From: an uncultured Propionivibrio sp.
GTDB lineage: Bacteria; Pseudomonadota; Gammaproteobacteria; Burkholderiales; Rhodocyclaceae
NCBI GenBank assembly: GCA_964440925.1
Contig: CAYTWY010000002.1
Span: 1-50,659 of the forward strand
Length of the DNA stretch: 50,659 nt
Direction: 5' to 3'
Below, one piece after another: positions 9,222 through 18,385 of this stretch; within the stretch, counting starts at the first letter, position 1; the number at the start of each line of letters is the position of its first letter. Under the pieces are notes generated by a model. That model ran no database searches and was not told the DNA's origin. It saw only the letters and a program-made list of their open reading frames with translations. A program made the position numbers and the translations under genes.

Positions 9222-10109
9222 ATGAGCGAAACGAATGCTTCCGGGGATTCGAGCGAACTTGAGGCGCTGTTTGACAGTATTGCTGGCGGGGTCGTTCAGA
9301 GTCCGGTCGCTTCTGCGGAAGCCAGTGTCGTTTCTTCCGCAGGAAAATCCTCGGTGATGCAGCAGGTGTGCGAGGGCGGTGGCGCGACCGAGGACTCGGA
9401 CGAGTTGCAGGCGCTTTTTGATTCCATGGCCAAAACCGATTCTGCTCAAGGAGAGGCTGGGCGTGCCGCGCTTGCCGATTCTGGCTCGGATGGGTGGCCT
9501 GCGCAGGGCAAGGTGTTCAATCAGGTTGGACAGATGGTGCGACAGTTACACGATACGCTAGGCGGTGTCGGGTTCGACAAGCTCATCGAGAAAACGGTCA
9601 CGGTGTTGCCCGATGCCAAGGACAGGTTGACTTACATCGCCAATCTGACCGAACAGGCCGCCTGCAAGGTGCTCAATGCGACGGATATCGCCAATCCCTT
9701 GCAGGATCAGCTGGAGTCGGAGGCGGCCGGATTGGGACAGCGCTGGGATCATCTTTATGCCAACAAGCTGAGTGTCGAGGAGTTCAGGTCGCTGGCAGCG
9801 GAAACGCGCCAATTCCTGAAAAATTCGGTACCCAAGAAAGCCCTGGAAACCAAGGAACAGCTGCTGGAAATCATGATGGCGCAGGACTTTCAGGATCTGA
9901 CCGGACAGGTCATCAAGAAGATCGTTTCGGTGGCGCAGGATATGGAGTCGCAACTCATGGAAGTGCTTATCGAAACGATGCCTGGCGACAAGCGAACCGA
10001 ATCGGTCAATTCCCTGCTTAACGGGCCGGTGATCAATGCCTCTGGGCGTACGGATGTCGTGGGAAGCCAGCAGCAGGTAGACGATTTGCTCGATAGCCTG
10101 GGATTCTAG
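9222..10109 (+). CDS. cheZ: CheY-P phosphatase CheZ with N-terminal extension
   Basis: MMAQDFQDLTGQVI catalytic DxxxQ motif; C-terminal QQQVDDLLDSLGF; sits between cheY and cheA. Confidence 0.95.
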   Translation: MSETNASGDSSELEALFDSIAGGVVQSPVASAEASVVSSAGKSSVMQQVCEGGGATEDSDELQALFDSMAKTDSAQGEAGRAALADSGSDGWPAQGKVFNQVGQMVRQLHDTLGGVGFDKLIEKTVTVLPDAKDRLTYIANLTEQAACKVLNATDIANPLQDQLESEAAGLGQRWDHLYANKLSVEEFRSLAAETRQFLKNSVPKKALETKEQLLEIMMAQDFQDLTGQVIKKIVSVAQDMESQLMEVLIETMPGDKRTESVNSLLNGPVINASGRTDVVGSQQQVDDLLDSLGF

Positions 10110-10119
10110 GAGATTCATC

Positions 10120-12060
10120 ATGAGTGATTTTTCCGGAATGGAAGACCTTCTGCAGGATTTTCTGCAAGAAGCCAGCGATCTCCTCTCGGATGTCGATAAC
10201 AAGCTGGTGGATCTTGAGAGAAGTCCGGATGATCGTCGCCTGTTGAACGATATCTTTCGCGGCTTTCATACCATCAAGGGTGGGGCGGGTTTTCTCAATG
10301 CGACGGAGCTGGTAACGCTCTGTCATTTGACCGAGAACCTGTTTGACAAGTTGCGAACCGGAGAAATGGGCTTGTCGCCGGAGTTGATGGATACCATCAT
10401 GGCGGCGACGCAAGGTGTGCGCATCATGTTTGGCGAATTGTCACAGGCGGCGCAACCCCGACCGGCTCCGCACGACCTGATCGCAGCCCTGCGGGCTGCT
10501 CTGGAAGGAAAGAGCCATGGCGGAGAAGCTGCGGCTGTTCACGGCGAATCTGCGCTTTCTCCTGCACCTTTGCCGGTGTCGGAAACGAGTGTGGCGTCTG
10601 CGGGCGCGACAGGGGCTTCGGCAGACGAACCGGATTGGAACGTATTACATAACGCATTGACGGGGGGCGTCGCGGCAGTGGTTGCGGAGACCGACTCGGC
10701 TGGTGGTGCAGTGAGCGCAGCAGCGGGACAAATGGTGCCGCATTTCCCGCCCGAAGGCCGGCGTTCCACCGACAGGCCGGGAGCCGCCGCCTCGGGAGCG
10801 ACTTCAGGTCGGCGCATGGAAGAGAAGGCTGCTGCGCGTGAATCGACGATTCGTGTGGATACGGCACGTCTCGATCAGGTGCTCAACCTTTCAGGTGAGA
10901 TTGGCTTGACCAAGAACCGGTTGACCAGTCTGCGCGCCGACATTCTTGCCGGGAGAACCGACTCGGATACGCTACATGCGCTTGATCAGGCGGTCAGTCA
11001 GCTCGATCTATTGGTTTCCGATTTGCAGAATTCGGTCATGAAGACGCGGATGCAGCCGATCGGGCGTCTGTTCCAGAAATATCCGCGCATTGCGCGCGAT
11101 CTGGCGCGGCAACTCGGCAAGGATGTCGAATTGGCACTGGTGGGCGAAGAAACCGAAGTAGACAAGACGATGATCGAGGATCTTGCCGATCCGCTGGTGC
11201 ATCTGGTGCGCAATGCCGTCGATCATGGCGTCGAGTCGCCTGAAGAGCGCGTGGCGGCGGGCAAGCCGGCGAAGAGCATCGTGCGCCTGGAAGCGCGTCA
11301 GGAAGGCGATCATATCGTGCTGATCGTTGCTGATGACGGGCGCGGCATGAGTCCCGAGCGAATCCGCATGAAGGCCATCGAGAAGGGGTTGATCCGCGAG
11401 GAGGAGGCCAATACCCTCGACGACCGGCAAAGCCTGAATCTGATTTTTATGCCAGGGTTCTCGACCATGACCCAGGCCTCGGCGGTATCCGGACGCGGGG
11501 TGGGCATGGATGTGGTGAAAACCAACATTCAGAAGCTCAGCGGTTCGGTCGATATCCGTTCGGAACCGGGCAAGGGATCGGTTTTCATCATTTCGCTGCC
11601 GTTGACCCTCGCTATTCTCCCGGTTTTGCTGGTGTTGCTTGGCGATCAGCCCTTTGCTTTGCCGCTTTCCATGGTGCGCGAGATTCTTCCTATCGACAAG
11701 AGCAAGATGCAGGAGGTTGGGGGCAAGGAAACACTGGTTGTGCGCGGCGAGGTGTTGCCGGTTGTTGCGCTGTCGCGCCTGCTTGGCTGGCCCGAGTTGC
11801 AGACGCCAGAGTATGGGGTATTGATGCAGACATCCGAGCGCAGCTTCATTCTTTCGGTCGATAGTTTCGCCGGACGTGATGATGCGGTGATCAAGTCGCT
11901 TGACGACTTCAGACCGCGCGGGGTTGCCGGGGTGACGACGCTTTCCAACGGGCAGATCGTTTTGATTCTCGACATGAAAGAATTGCTTTCTGATCTTAAT
12001 GCCCATATCGACAGTACGTTGGGCGTGAGACATGCAAAAACACTTGAACTTTCCGTGTAA
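10120..12060 (+). CDS. cheA: Chemotaxis histidine kinase CheA
   Basis: Hpt IFRGFHTIKGG; dimerisation ESTIRVD; HATPase HLVRNAVDHG, DDGRG, SGRGVGMDVV; C-terminal CheW-like domain. Confidence 0.97.
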   Translation: MSDFSGMEDLLQDFLQEASDLLSDVDNKLVDLERSPDDRRLLNDIFRGFHTIKGGAGFLNATELVTLCHLTENLFDKLRTGEMGLSPELMDTIMAATQGVRIMFGELSQAAQPRPAPHDLIAALRAALEGKSHGGEAAAVHGESALSPAPLPVSETSVASAGATGASADEPDWNVLHNALTGGVAAVVAETDSAGGAVSAAAGQMVPHFPPEGRRSTDRPGAAASGATSGRRMEEKAAARESTIRVDTARLDQVLNLSGEIGLTKNRLTSLRADILAGRTDSDTLHALDQAVSQLDLLVSDLQNSVMKTRMQPIGRLFQKYPRIARDLARQLGKDVELALVGEETEVDKTMIEDLADPLVHLVRNAVDHGVESPEERVAAGKPAKSIVRLEARQEGDHIVLIVADDGRGMSPERIRMKAIEKGLIREEEANTLDDRQSLNLIFMPGFSTMTQASAVSGRGVGMDVVKTNIQKLSGSVDIRSEPGKGSVFIISLPLTLAILPVLLVLLGDQPFALPLSMVREILPIDKSKMQEVGGKETLVVRGEVLPVVALSRLLGWPELQTPEYGVLMQTSERSFILSVDSFAGRDDAVIKSLDDFRPRGVAGVTTLSNGQIVLILDMKELLSDLNAHIDSTLGVRHAKTLELSV

Positions 12061-12084
12061 ATAGTTTTATAAACATATAGTTAG

Positions 12085-12114
12085 ACAGGGGGCTTCGGCC
12101 CCCTGTTCTTTTTT
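12085..12114 (+). terminator. Intrinsic terminator after cheA
   Basis: ACAGGGGGC-TTCG-GCCCCCTGT 9-bp stem with a TTCG loop, followed by TCTTTTTT. Confidence 0.9.
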
Positions 12115-12161
12115 GCGTGGCCCGAAACAGTGTTGCGTTGGCGCTACTATCTGAGAAATGA

Positions 12162-12211
12162 AATAAATAAAGTTCTATACCCCTTTATTTATTAAAGTTT
12201 TTTTATATAAT
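12162..12211 (+). promoter_or_regulatory. flhB promoter: 11-bp inverted repeat (FlhDC-box-like) plus sigma70 -10 TATAAT
   Basis: AATAAATAAAG (12162-12172), 10-nt spacer, CTTTATTTATT (12183-12193); TATAAT at 12206-12211 in an AT-rich island. The regulator is inferred. Confidence 0.6.
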
Positions 12212-12237
12212 AGTGCTTAATCAATTGGAAGCCGCTA

Positions 12238-13380
12238 ATGGCCGAAGAAAGCGATCTCGAAAAAACAGAACCTGCGTCAAGCCGACGTCTTGAGCAGGCG
12301 CGCGAGGAGGGGCAGGTTCCCCGTTCCCGGGAAGTCGGGGCTTTCCTTGTTTTATCGGTTTCTGCTGCATGTTTCTGGTTTATCGGTTCCTGGATGATGC
12401 AGCGCATGGCTCTTATTCTTCGCCATGGCCTGATTCTTGATGCGGAACTTCTGCGTATGCCGCACAGCATGATGCTGAGGTTGGCCGACCTTTCTCTCGA
12501 TGCATTGTGGTCTTTCCTGCCTTTGTTTTTGGCCTTACTCTGCGCCACCTTGTTGTCGCCCTTTTTTCTTGGCAGCTGGAATTTTTCCCTGAAGGCGATT
12601 AATCCCGACCTCGGTCGTCTGGACCCTGTGAAGGGATTGTCGCGTCTTGTTTCTTGGGGTGGGTTGGTAGAACTGGTCAAAGCCGTGGCCAAAGCCCTGC
12701 TGGTTGGTGGAGTGGCTGTCTGGGTTTTGTGGAGCGAGCGCAGCGATGTCTTTGCCCTGTTTGGGCAGTCGCTCGAAGTCGGCTTATCCACTGCCGGGCA
12801 TTTGGTCAATTACAGTTTTATGGTCATCGTCATGGCCATGTTGTTCATCGTCGCCATCGATGTGCCATTCCAGCTTTGGCAGTACTACGACAAGCTCAAG
12901 ATGAGCAAGCAGGAAGTCAAGCAGGAAGGCAAGGAAATGGAGGGTAACCCGGAAGTCAAGGGGCGTATCCGCCAGTTGCAGCGCGAGGCGGCGCGCAAGC
13001 GCATGATGAGTGCCGTTCCTTCTGCCGACGTGATCGTGACCAACCCGACGCACTTTGCCGTGGCTTTGGCCTACAAGAGCGGGATGGCGGCGCCCAAGGT
13101 TTTGGCCAAGGGCATGGGCGAGATTGCCCTGAAGATTCGCTCGCTTGGCGCTGCCCATGGGGTGCCGATGCTTGAGGCGCCGCCGCTGGCGCGCGCGTTG
13201 TACCGGCATGCAGACCTGGATCAGGAAATTCCTTCGGTACTGTATGCCGCTGTTGCCGAGGTTCTGGCCTACGTGTATCAGTTGGCCAACTGGCGTCGTG
13301 TGGGTGGCAATTATCCACGGCCACCGCGCGAAATCGAGGTGCCTGCCGAACTGGTTGTTGCGGAGGTAAGCCATGGCTAA
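12238..13380 (+). CDS. flhB: Flagellar export switch protein FlhB
   Basis: EKTEPAS...GQVPRSRE, EGNPEVKGRIR, NPTH autocleavage motif. Confidence 0.97.
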   Translation: MAEESDLEKTEPASSRRLEQAREEGQVPRSREVGAFLVLSVSAACFWFIGSWMMQRMALILRHGLILDAELLRMPHSMMLRLADLSLDALWSFLPLFLALLCATLLSPFFLGSWNFSLKAINPDLGRLDPVKGLSRLVSWGGLVELVKAVAKALLVGGVAVWVLWSERSDVFALFGQSLEVGLSTAGHLVNYSFMVIVMAMLFIVAIDVPFQLWQYYDKLKMSKQEVKQEGKEMEGNPEVKGRIRQLQREAARKRMMSAVPSADVIVTNPTHFAVALAYKSGMAAPKVLAKGMGEIALKIRSLGAAHGVPMLEAPPLARALYRHADLDQEIPSVLYAAVAEVLAYVYQLANWRRVGGNYPRPPREIEVPAELVVAEVSHG

Positions 13381-15457
13381 TGCAACCTTGTCGCTGCAGA
13401 GTATTTTCGGGCGTTCGGGTCTGCAGCAGTTGGCAGGCCCGGTACTGATCCTGATCATTCTGTCGATGATGGTGCTGCCTTTGCCGCCCTTCATGCTGGA
13501 TCTTTTTTTTACTTTCAATATTGCCATTTCGGTGATCGTCATGCTGGTGGCGATCAACGTTCAGAAACCTCTCGATTTTTCCGTTTTCCCGACCGTGTTG
13601 TTGATTACCACGTTGTTGCGGCTGTCCCTGAACGTTGCTTCAACGCGTGTCGTCTTGCTCGAAGGGCATACCGGGGCGGGGGCGGCAGGACAGGTGATCG
13701 ACGCTTTCGGCCATTTTCTGGTTGGCGGAAATTACGCCGTCGGGATTGTCGTTTTTGCAATTCTGGTGATCATCAATTTCGTGGTGATTACCAAGGGTGC
13801 CGGGCGGGTTGCGGAAGTGGCTGCGCGCTTTACCCTGGATGCCATGCCGGGCAAGCAGATGGCGATCGATGCCGATCTCAATGCCGGTTTGATCGGGGAG
13901 GATGAAGCGCGTCGGCGGCGTGCGGTCATTGCCGAGGAAGCCGATTTCTTCGGTTCGATGGACGGTGCTTCGAAATTCGTGCGTGGCGATGCCGTGGCCG
14001 GCATCCTCATCATGTTCATCAATGTGCTGGGCGGACTGTTTGTCGGCGTGCTGCAGCACAATCTGGACATGGGGAATGCGGCCAAGACCTATACCTTGCT
14101 GACTATTGGCGATGGTCTGGTGGCGCAGATTCCGGCGCTGATCATCTCGATTTCGGCGGGGATGGTGGTAACGCGCGTCGGCGACAGTCAGGATCTGTCG
14201 GGACAATTTCTTTCGCAGCTGTTCACCAATCCGCGCGTTATCGGCCTTTCCGCTGCAATTATCGGTTTGCTGGGGCTCATTCCCGGGATGCCGAATTTTG
14301 TTTTCCTGCTTCTGGCGAGCGGTCTTGGAGCACTTGCCTGGGATATCGACCGGCGCGCGCGCGTAGCCAAACCGGTCGCTGTCGCCGTGGCCCCGAGCGT
14401 TGCTCCAGAATCTCAGGAAGCGAGCTGGTCGGATGTGGCTCCGCTGGACGTCCTCGGTCTGGAAGTCGGCTATCGCCTGATTCCGCTGGTGGATAAGGCA
14501 CAGGACGGAGAACTGTTACGCCGTATCCGTGGCATTCGCAAGAAATTCGCGCAGGAAGTGGGGTTCCTGGTTTCCCCGGTGCATATCCGCGACAATCTCG
14601 AACTCAAGCCCAATGTCTATCGCATCCTGCTCAAGGGCGTGGAAATCGGTCAAGGCGAAGCATTCCCGGGGAACCTTCTGGCGATCAATCCAGGACGTGT
14701 GGCCGGTCAGCTATCCGGAGTAGTGACCAAGGATCCGGCCTTTGGTTTGCCTGCGGTATGGATCGACATGGGGCTGCGTGAGCAGGCACAAGCCTACGGC
14801 TATACCGTGGTTGATGCCAGTACAGTGGTGGCAACCCATCTCAACCATCTGATTTTGTCGCATGCCGCCGAATTGCTCGGGCGCCAGGAGACGCAGGCTT
14901 TGCTCGATCATCTGGCAAAAGACATGCCCAAGTTACTCGAAGATCTGGTTCCCAAGGTCTTGCCGCTCGGCATTGTGCAGAAGGTTCTGCAGAATCTGCT
15001 CGAAGAGGGGATCCATATCCGCGACATGCGCTCCATCATCGAAACGCTGTCCGAGGTTGCGGTGCGAACGCAGGATGCCGACGCATTGACCACCCAAGTG
15101 CGGATTGGCCTGGGGCGATCAATCATCCAGCAGCTTTATCCGAGCGGCAATGAAATTCAGGTCATGTCGCTCGATCCGCAGTTGGAGCGGGTATTACTCC
15201 AGGCGATTTCCGGCGGTGGCGAGAACTCGAGCATCGAGCCGGGTCTTGCCGAGACCTTGATTCGCGAGACCGCGGCGGCGGCTCAACGTCAGGAAGAACT
15301 GGGTTTGCCGGCTGTACTGCTCGTCCCCGGCAACCTTCGCTTGCTGTTGTCACGTTTCCTGCGGCGCGGCATCTCCCAACTCAAGGTGCTCGCGCATAGC
15401 GAAGTGCCGGAAAACAAAATCATCAAGGTCACCTCGATCATTGGAGGTAAGTCATGA
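13373..15457 (+). CDS. flhA: Flagellar export gate protein FlhA
   Basis: RVAEVAARFTLDAMPGKQMAIDADLNAG, GSMDGASKFVRGD, LEVGYRLI, DPAFG. Confidence 0.98.
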   Translation: MANATLSLQSIFGRSGLQQLAGPVLILIILSMMVLPLPPFMLDLFFTFNIAISVIVMLVAINVQKPLDFSVFPTVLLITTLLRLSLNVASTRVVLLEGHTGAGAAGQVIDAFGHFLVGGNYAVGIVVFAILVIINFVVITKGAGRVAEVAARFTLDAMPGKQMAIDADLNAGLIGEDEARRRRAVIAEEADFFGSMDGASKFVRGDAVAGILIMFINVLGGLFVGVLQHNLDMGNAAKTYTLLTIGDGLVAQIPALIISISAGMVVTRVGDSQDLSGQFLSQLFTNPRVIGLSAAIIGLLGLIPGMPNFVFLLLASGLGALAWDIDRRARVAKPVAVAVAPSVAPESQEASWSDVAPLDVLGLEVGYRLIPLVDKAQDGELLRRIRGIRKKFAQEVGFLVSPVHIRDNLELKPNVYRILLKGVEIGQGEAFPGNLLAINPGRVAGQLSGVVTKDPAFGLPAVWIDMGLREQAQAYGYTVVDASTVVATHLNHLILSHAAELLGRQETQALLDHLAKDMPKLLEDLVPKVLPLGIVQKVLQNLLEEGIHIRDMRSIIETLSEVAVRTQDADALTTQVRIGLGRSIIQQLYPSGNEIQVMSLDPQLERVLLQAISGGGENSSIEPGLAETLIRETAAAAQRQEELGLPAVLLVPGNLRLLLSRFLRRGISQLKVLAHSEVPENKIIKVTSIIGGKS

Positions 15458-16749
15458 ATGTCAGGAAATTCATTGCAGCAACGGCGCGCGATGCCTTGCA
15501 CAAGGTAAAGGAACTTCTTGGCCCTGATGCGATCATCTTGTCCAATCGCGCCATTCCCGGCGGGGTGGAAATCATGGCCGTTGCGGCTCATGACATGGAA
15601 ATGATCGTGCCTGCGGCGGTCGCTCCAGAGGATGCCGGCCAGGACGATTTCACGGTACGTATTTCTTCGCAAAGAGGCGAAGATGGGCGTTTTGCGAAGG
15701 CGCCGCCGGCTGATCCGCTCACGCCGCGAGCAGCTCCGCAGGTTAGCCGTCTGCGGCCGCAGACGGCTGAAATGAAACCGGCGGCGGAGGTCGTTCCGGC
15801 CGAGGTTATGGATGAAATCCGCGCACTGCGCAAAATCGTCGAGCAGCATCTGGCCGGCGCGGCCTGGGGGGAGAGTGCGCGTTCGGAGCCGGTAAAAACG
15901 GAAATCTTGCGACAGATGCTCGATGCCGGCTTCTCGCCACGTTTTGCCAGGGATCTGTTGCTTGATCTGCCGCGCGAATTCAATGCCGGCAAGGCGCTGA
16001 ACTGGGTCAAGCAAAAAGCTGACCGGACGTTCCGCGCGCTCGATTCCGAAACCGATATCGTCGATCGTGGGGGGGTTTATGCCTTGGTAGGGCCGACCGG
16101 GGTTGGCAAAACGACGACGACTGCCAAACTGGCGGCTCGCTGTGTTCTGCGCCACGGGGCAAGCAAGGTCGCGCTGATTACCACGGATGGATACCGTATC
16201 GGCGCTTACGAACAGCTGCGCATTTATGGACGTATCCTCGGCGTGTCGGTCTATCTGGTCAAGGATGCAGCCGATCTCAAACAGACTTTGCTCGATTTGC
16301 AGCACAAGCACATGGTGTTGATCGACACGATGGGAATGAGTCAGCGCGATCACATGGTTGGCGAGCAAACGGCCATGTTCGGCGAAAACGAGGTCAAGCG
16401 TTTGCTGGTTCTTTCGGCCACCGGGCGCGGTGATACGCTGGATGATGTCGTCCGCGCCTATCATGGCAGCCATCTTGCCGGCTGCATCCTGAGCAAGGTC
16501 GATGAGGCAGCGAGTCTGGCGGCGGCTCTGGACTGTGTGATCCGCCACGAATTGACCTTGCATTACGTCTCCAACGGACAGCGCGTGCCCGAGGATTTGC
16601 ATCTGCCCAATCGTGCTTATTTGCTGCATCGGGCGTTCAAGGACGTGCCGGAAGTTTCGCCGCATCGTCTGGACGGCATGGAGTCCGGACTGCTGATGGC
16701 CAGTGCCGGATGTTCGCTGATGAGTGGTACAGGAGCCCGTCGTGCCTGA
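15454..16749 (+). CDS. flhF: Flagellar biosynthesis SRP-type GTPase FlhF
   Basis: GPTGVGKTTT, DGYRIGAYEQL, IDTMG, SKVDE, GQRVPEDL. Confidence 0.96.
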   Translation: MNVRKFIAATARDALHKVKELLGPDAIILSNRAIPGGVEIMAVAAHDMEMIVPAAVAPEDAGQDDFTVRISSQRGEDGRFAKAPPADPLTPRAAPQVSRLRPQTAEMKPAAEVVPAEVMDEIRALRKIVEQHLAGAAWGESARSEPVKTEILRQMLDAGFSPRFARDLLLDLPREFNAGKALNWVKQKADRTFRALDSETDIVDRGGVYALVGPTGVGKTTTTAKLAARCVLRHGASKVALITTDGYRIGAYEQLRIYGRILGVSVYLVKDAADLKQTLLDLQHKHMVLIDTMGMSQRDHMVGEQTAMFGENEVKRLLVLSATGRGDTLDDVVRAYHGSHLAGCILSKVDEAASLAAALDCVIRHELTLHYVSNGQRVPEDLHLPNRAYLLHRAFKDVPEVSPHRLDGMESGLLMASAGCSLMSGTGARRA

Positions 16750-17626
16750 ATCTCACGGGGATCAGGCGGCGGGTTTGCGTCGCCTGTTCGGACATCGGCG
16801 CGTGCATATTCTCACCTTCGTTGCGGGTAGCGCCGGGGTGGGGAAAAGCGTTCTCGTTGCTAACCTGGCCACTTGCCTGGCGCGTCTTGGCAAGGAAATC
16901 CTCGTGCTTGACGAAAACGCACGCAGCAATGTGGCCGCATGTTTTGGCGCCAATGCGTGCCTTGATCTGCTGCAGGTGATTGATCGCGAGAAGACACTTG
17001 CCGAGGTGCTTGTCGAGGCGGCTCCCGGTATTCGGGTTCTGCCGGCTTCATGCGCCGTCAGGAAACTCGGCAAGCTGAACCGGCAGCAGCAGGAGTCATT
17101 GGTGGAGAGCATCGTCGGCATGGAACACCCTGCCGATGTGATTCTGGTCGATGCCTCGCTTGATCATCCGCTCGGTTTTTCTCCTCTCGGTCTTGCCGCA
17201 CATGAAACCGTGCTCGTTATTTCGGCGACGGGGGCTTCGATTACAGAAGCATATTCGCTGATCAAGAAAGTCAGCCTGGGCTACGCGCGCAAGAGTTTCC
17301 GGATTCTGGTGAATATGGTACGTGACGAGGGTGAGGCTCGCGCCATTTTCAACAACATTGCCCAGCTGGCACGTAGCCGTGGCTTGGCGCATCTCGAATA
17401 CGCCGGCTTTGTGCCGCGTGACGAGCGTCTGCGACAGCCGCTACGCTGGGCGATGCCGGTTGCTGGCTTGTTTCCGGACGCGCCTGCGGCCAGAGCGTGT
17501 CAGATGCTGGCCAACGACTTCCTGGACAGGGCGGCAGCGGTGAATGAAGATGGCGGGGTCGAACAATTCGTACAACAACTGCTACACTTGAGCCAGGGTA
17601 TTGATCCGGTCGCCATTTACGCTTGA
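16742..17626 (+). CDS. flhG: MinD-like flagellar number regulator FlhG/FleN
   Basis: DQAAGLRR N-terminus, GVGKS P-loop, SITEAYSLIK; located between flhF and fliA. GTG at 16742 follows AGGAG. Confidence 0.9.
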   Translation: MPESHGDQAAGLRRLFGHRRVHILTFVAGSAGVGKSVLVANLATCLARLGKEILVLDENARSNVAACFGANACLDLLQVIDREKTLAEVLVEAAPGIRVLPASCAVRKLGKLNRQQQESLVESIVGMEHPADVILVDASLDHPLGFSPLGLAAHETVLVISATGASITEAYSLIKKVSLGYARKSFRILVNMVRDEGEARAIFNNIAQLARSRGLAHLEYAGFVPRDERLRQPLRWAMPVAGLFPDAPAARACQMLANDFLDRAAAVNEDGGVEQFVQQLLHLSQGIDPVAIYA

Positions 17627-17638
17627 TAGTTGCCAAAC

Positions 17639-18385
17639 ATGTATAACGCTGCTGGTCAGATCGACAAGGATCAGCTGGTACAGCGCTTCGCTCCGCTGGT
17701 TAAGCGGATCGCCTATCACCTGATGGCCCGTTTGCCTTCCAGTGTCCAGGTCGATGATCTGGTACAGAACGGCATGTTGGGCTTGCTTGATGCCATTTCA
17801 CGCTTTGAGGCAGGAATGGGCGCGCAATTTGAAACCTATGCCGCGCAGCGGGTTCGCGGCGCCATGCTCGATGGTTTGCGCGATAACGACTGGTTGCCGC
17901 GCGGTTTGCGGCGCGATTTTCGCCGCATTGAGGGAACCATCGCCAGACTGGAGCAGGAGTTTGGTCGTGCGCCAAGCGAAAATGAACTGGCGTCCGCGCT
18001 GGACATGTCTCTTGCCGAATATCAGAAGATGCTCCAGGATGCCCGTGGGCATCAGCTGATCTCGTTCGAGGATCTGGTGGATGAGAACGACGAGAGCTTT
18101 CTCGAAAGACATTTAATCGATGATGCCGATGATCCATTGAAGCTGCTTGAAGAAGAAGGCTTGCGCCGCATGCTGGTCGAGGGGGTCGAGACGTTGCCCG
18201 AACGCGAGAAGCTGATGATGGCGCTGTATTACGAACAGGATCTGAACCTGCGCGAGATTGGTGAGATCATGGGAGTGACCGAGTCGCGCGTCTGTCAGTT
18301 GCATACGCAGGCCGTGGCCAGGTTGCGGGCGAGGATTCTCGGCGAAAGGGGCGTAAAGAAAATGAAAGCCAGAGGGCATGGATAA
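17639..18385 (+). CDS. fliA: RNA polymerase sigma-28 FliA
   Basis: PLVKRIAYHL, DDLVQNG, RVRGAMLDGLR, NLREIGEIMGVTESRVCQLH. Confidence 0.97.
   Translation: MYNAAGQIDKDQLVQRFAPLVKRIAYHLMARLPSSVQVDDLVQNGMLGLLDAISRFEAGMGAQFETYAAQRVRGAMLDGLRDNDWLPRGLRRDFRRIEGTIARLEQEFGRAPSENELASALDMSLAEYQKMLQDARGHQLISFEDLVDENDESFLERHLIDDADDPLKLLEEEGLRRMLVEGVETLPEREKLMMALYYEQDLNLREIGEIMGVTESRVCQLHTQAVARLRARILGERGVKKMKARGHG

Noticed and set aside
12118-12140. Sigma54-like TGGC...TTGC upstream of flhB
   Set aside because: GG-to-GC spacing is 14 nt rather than the required 10.
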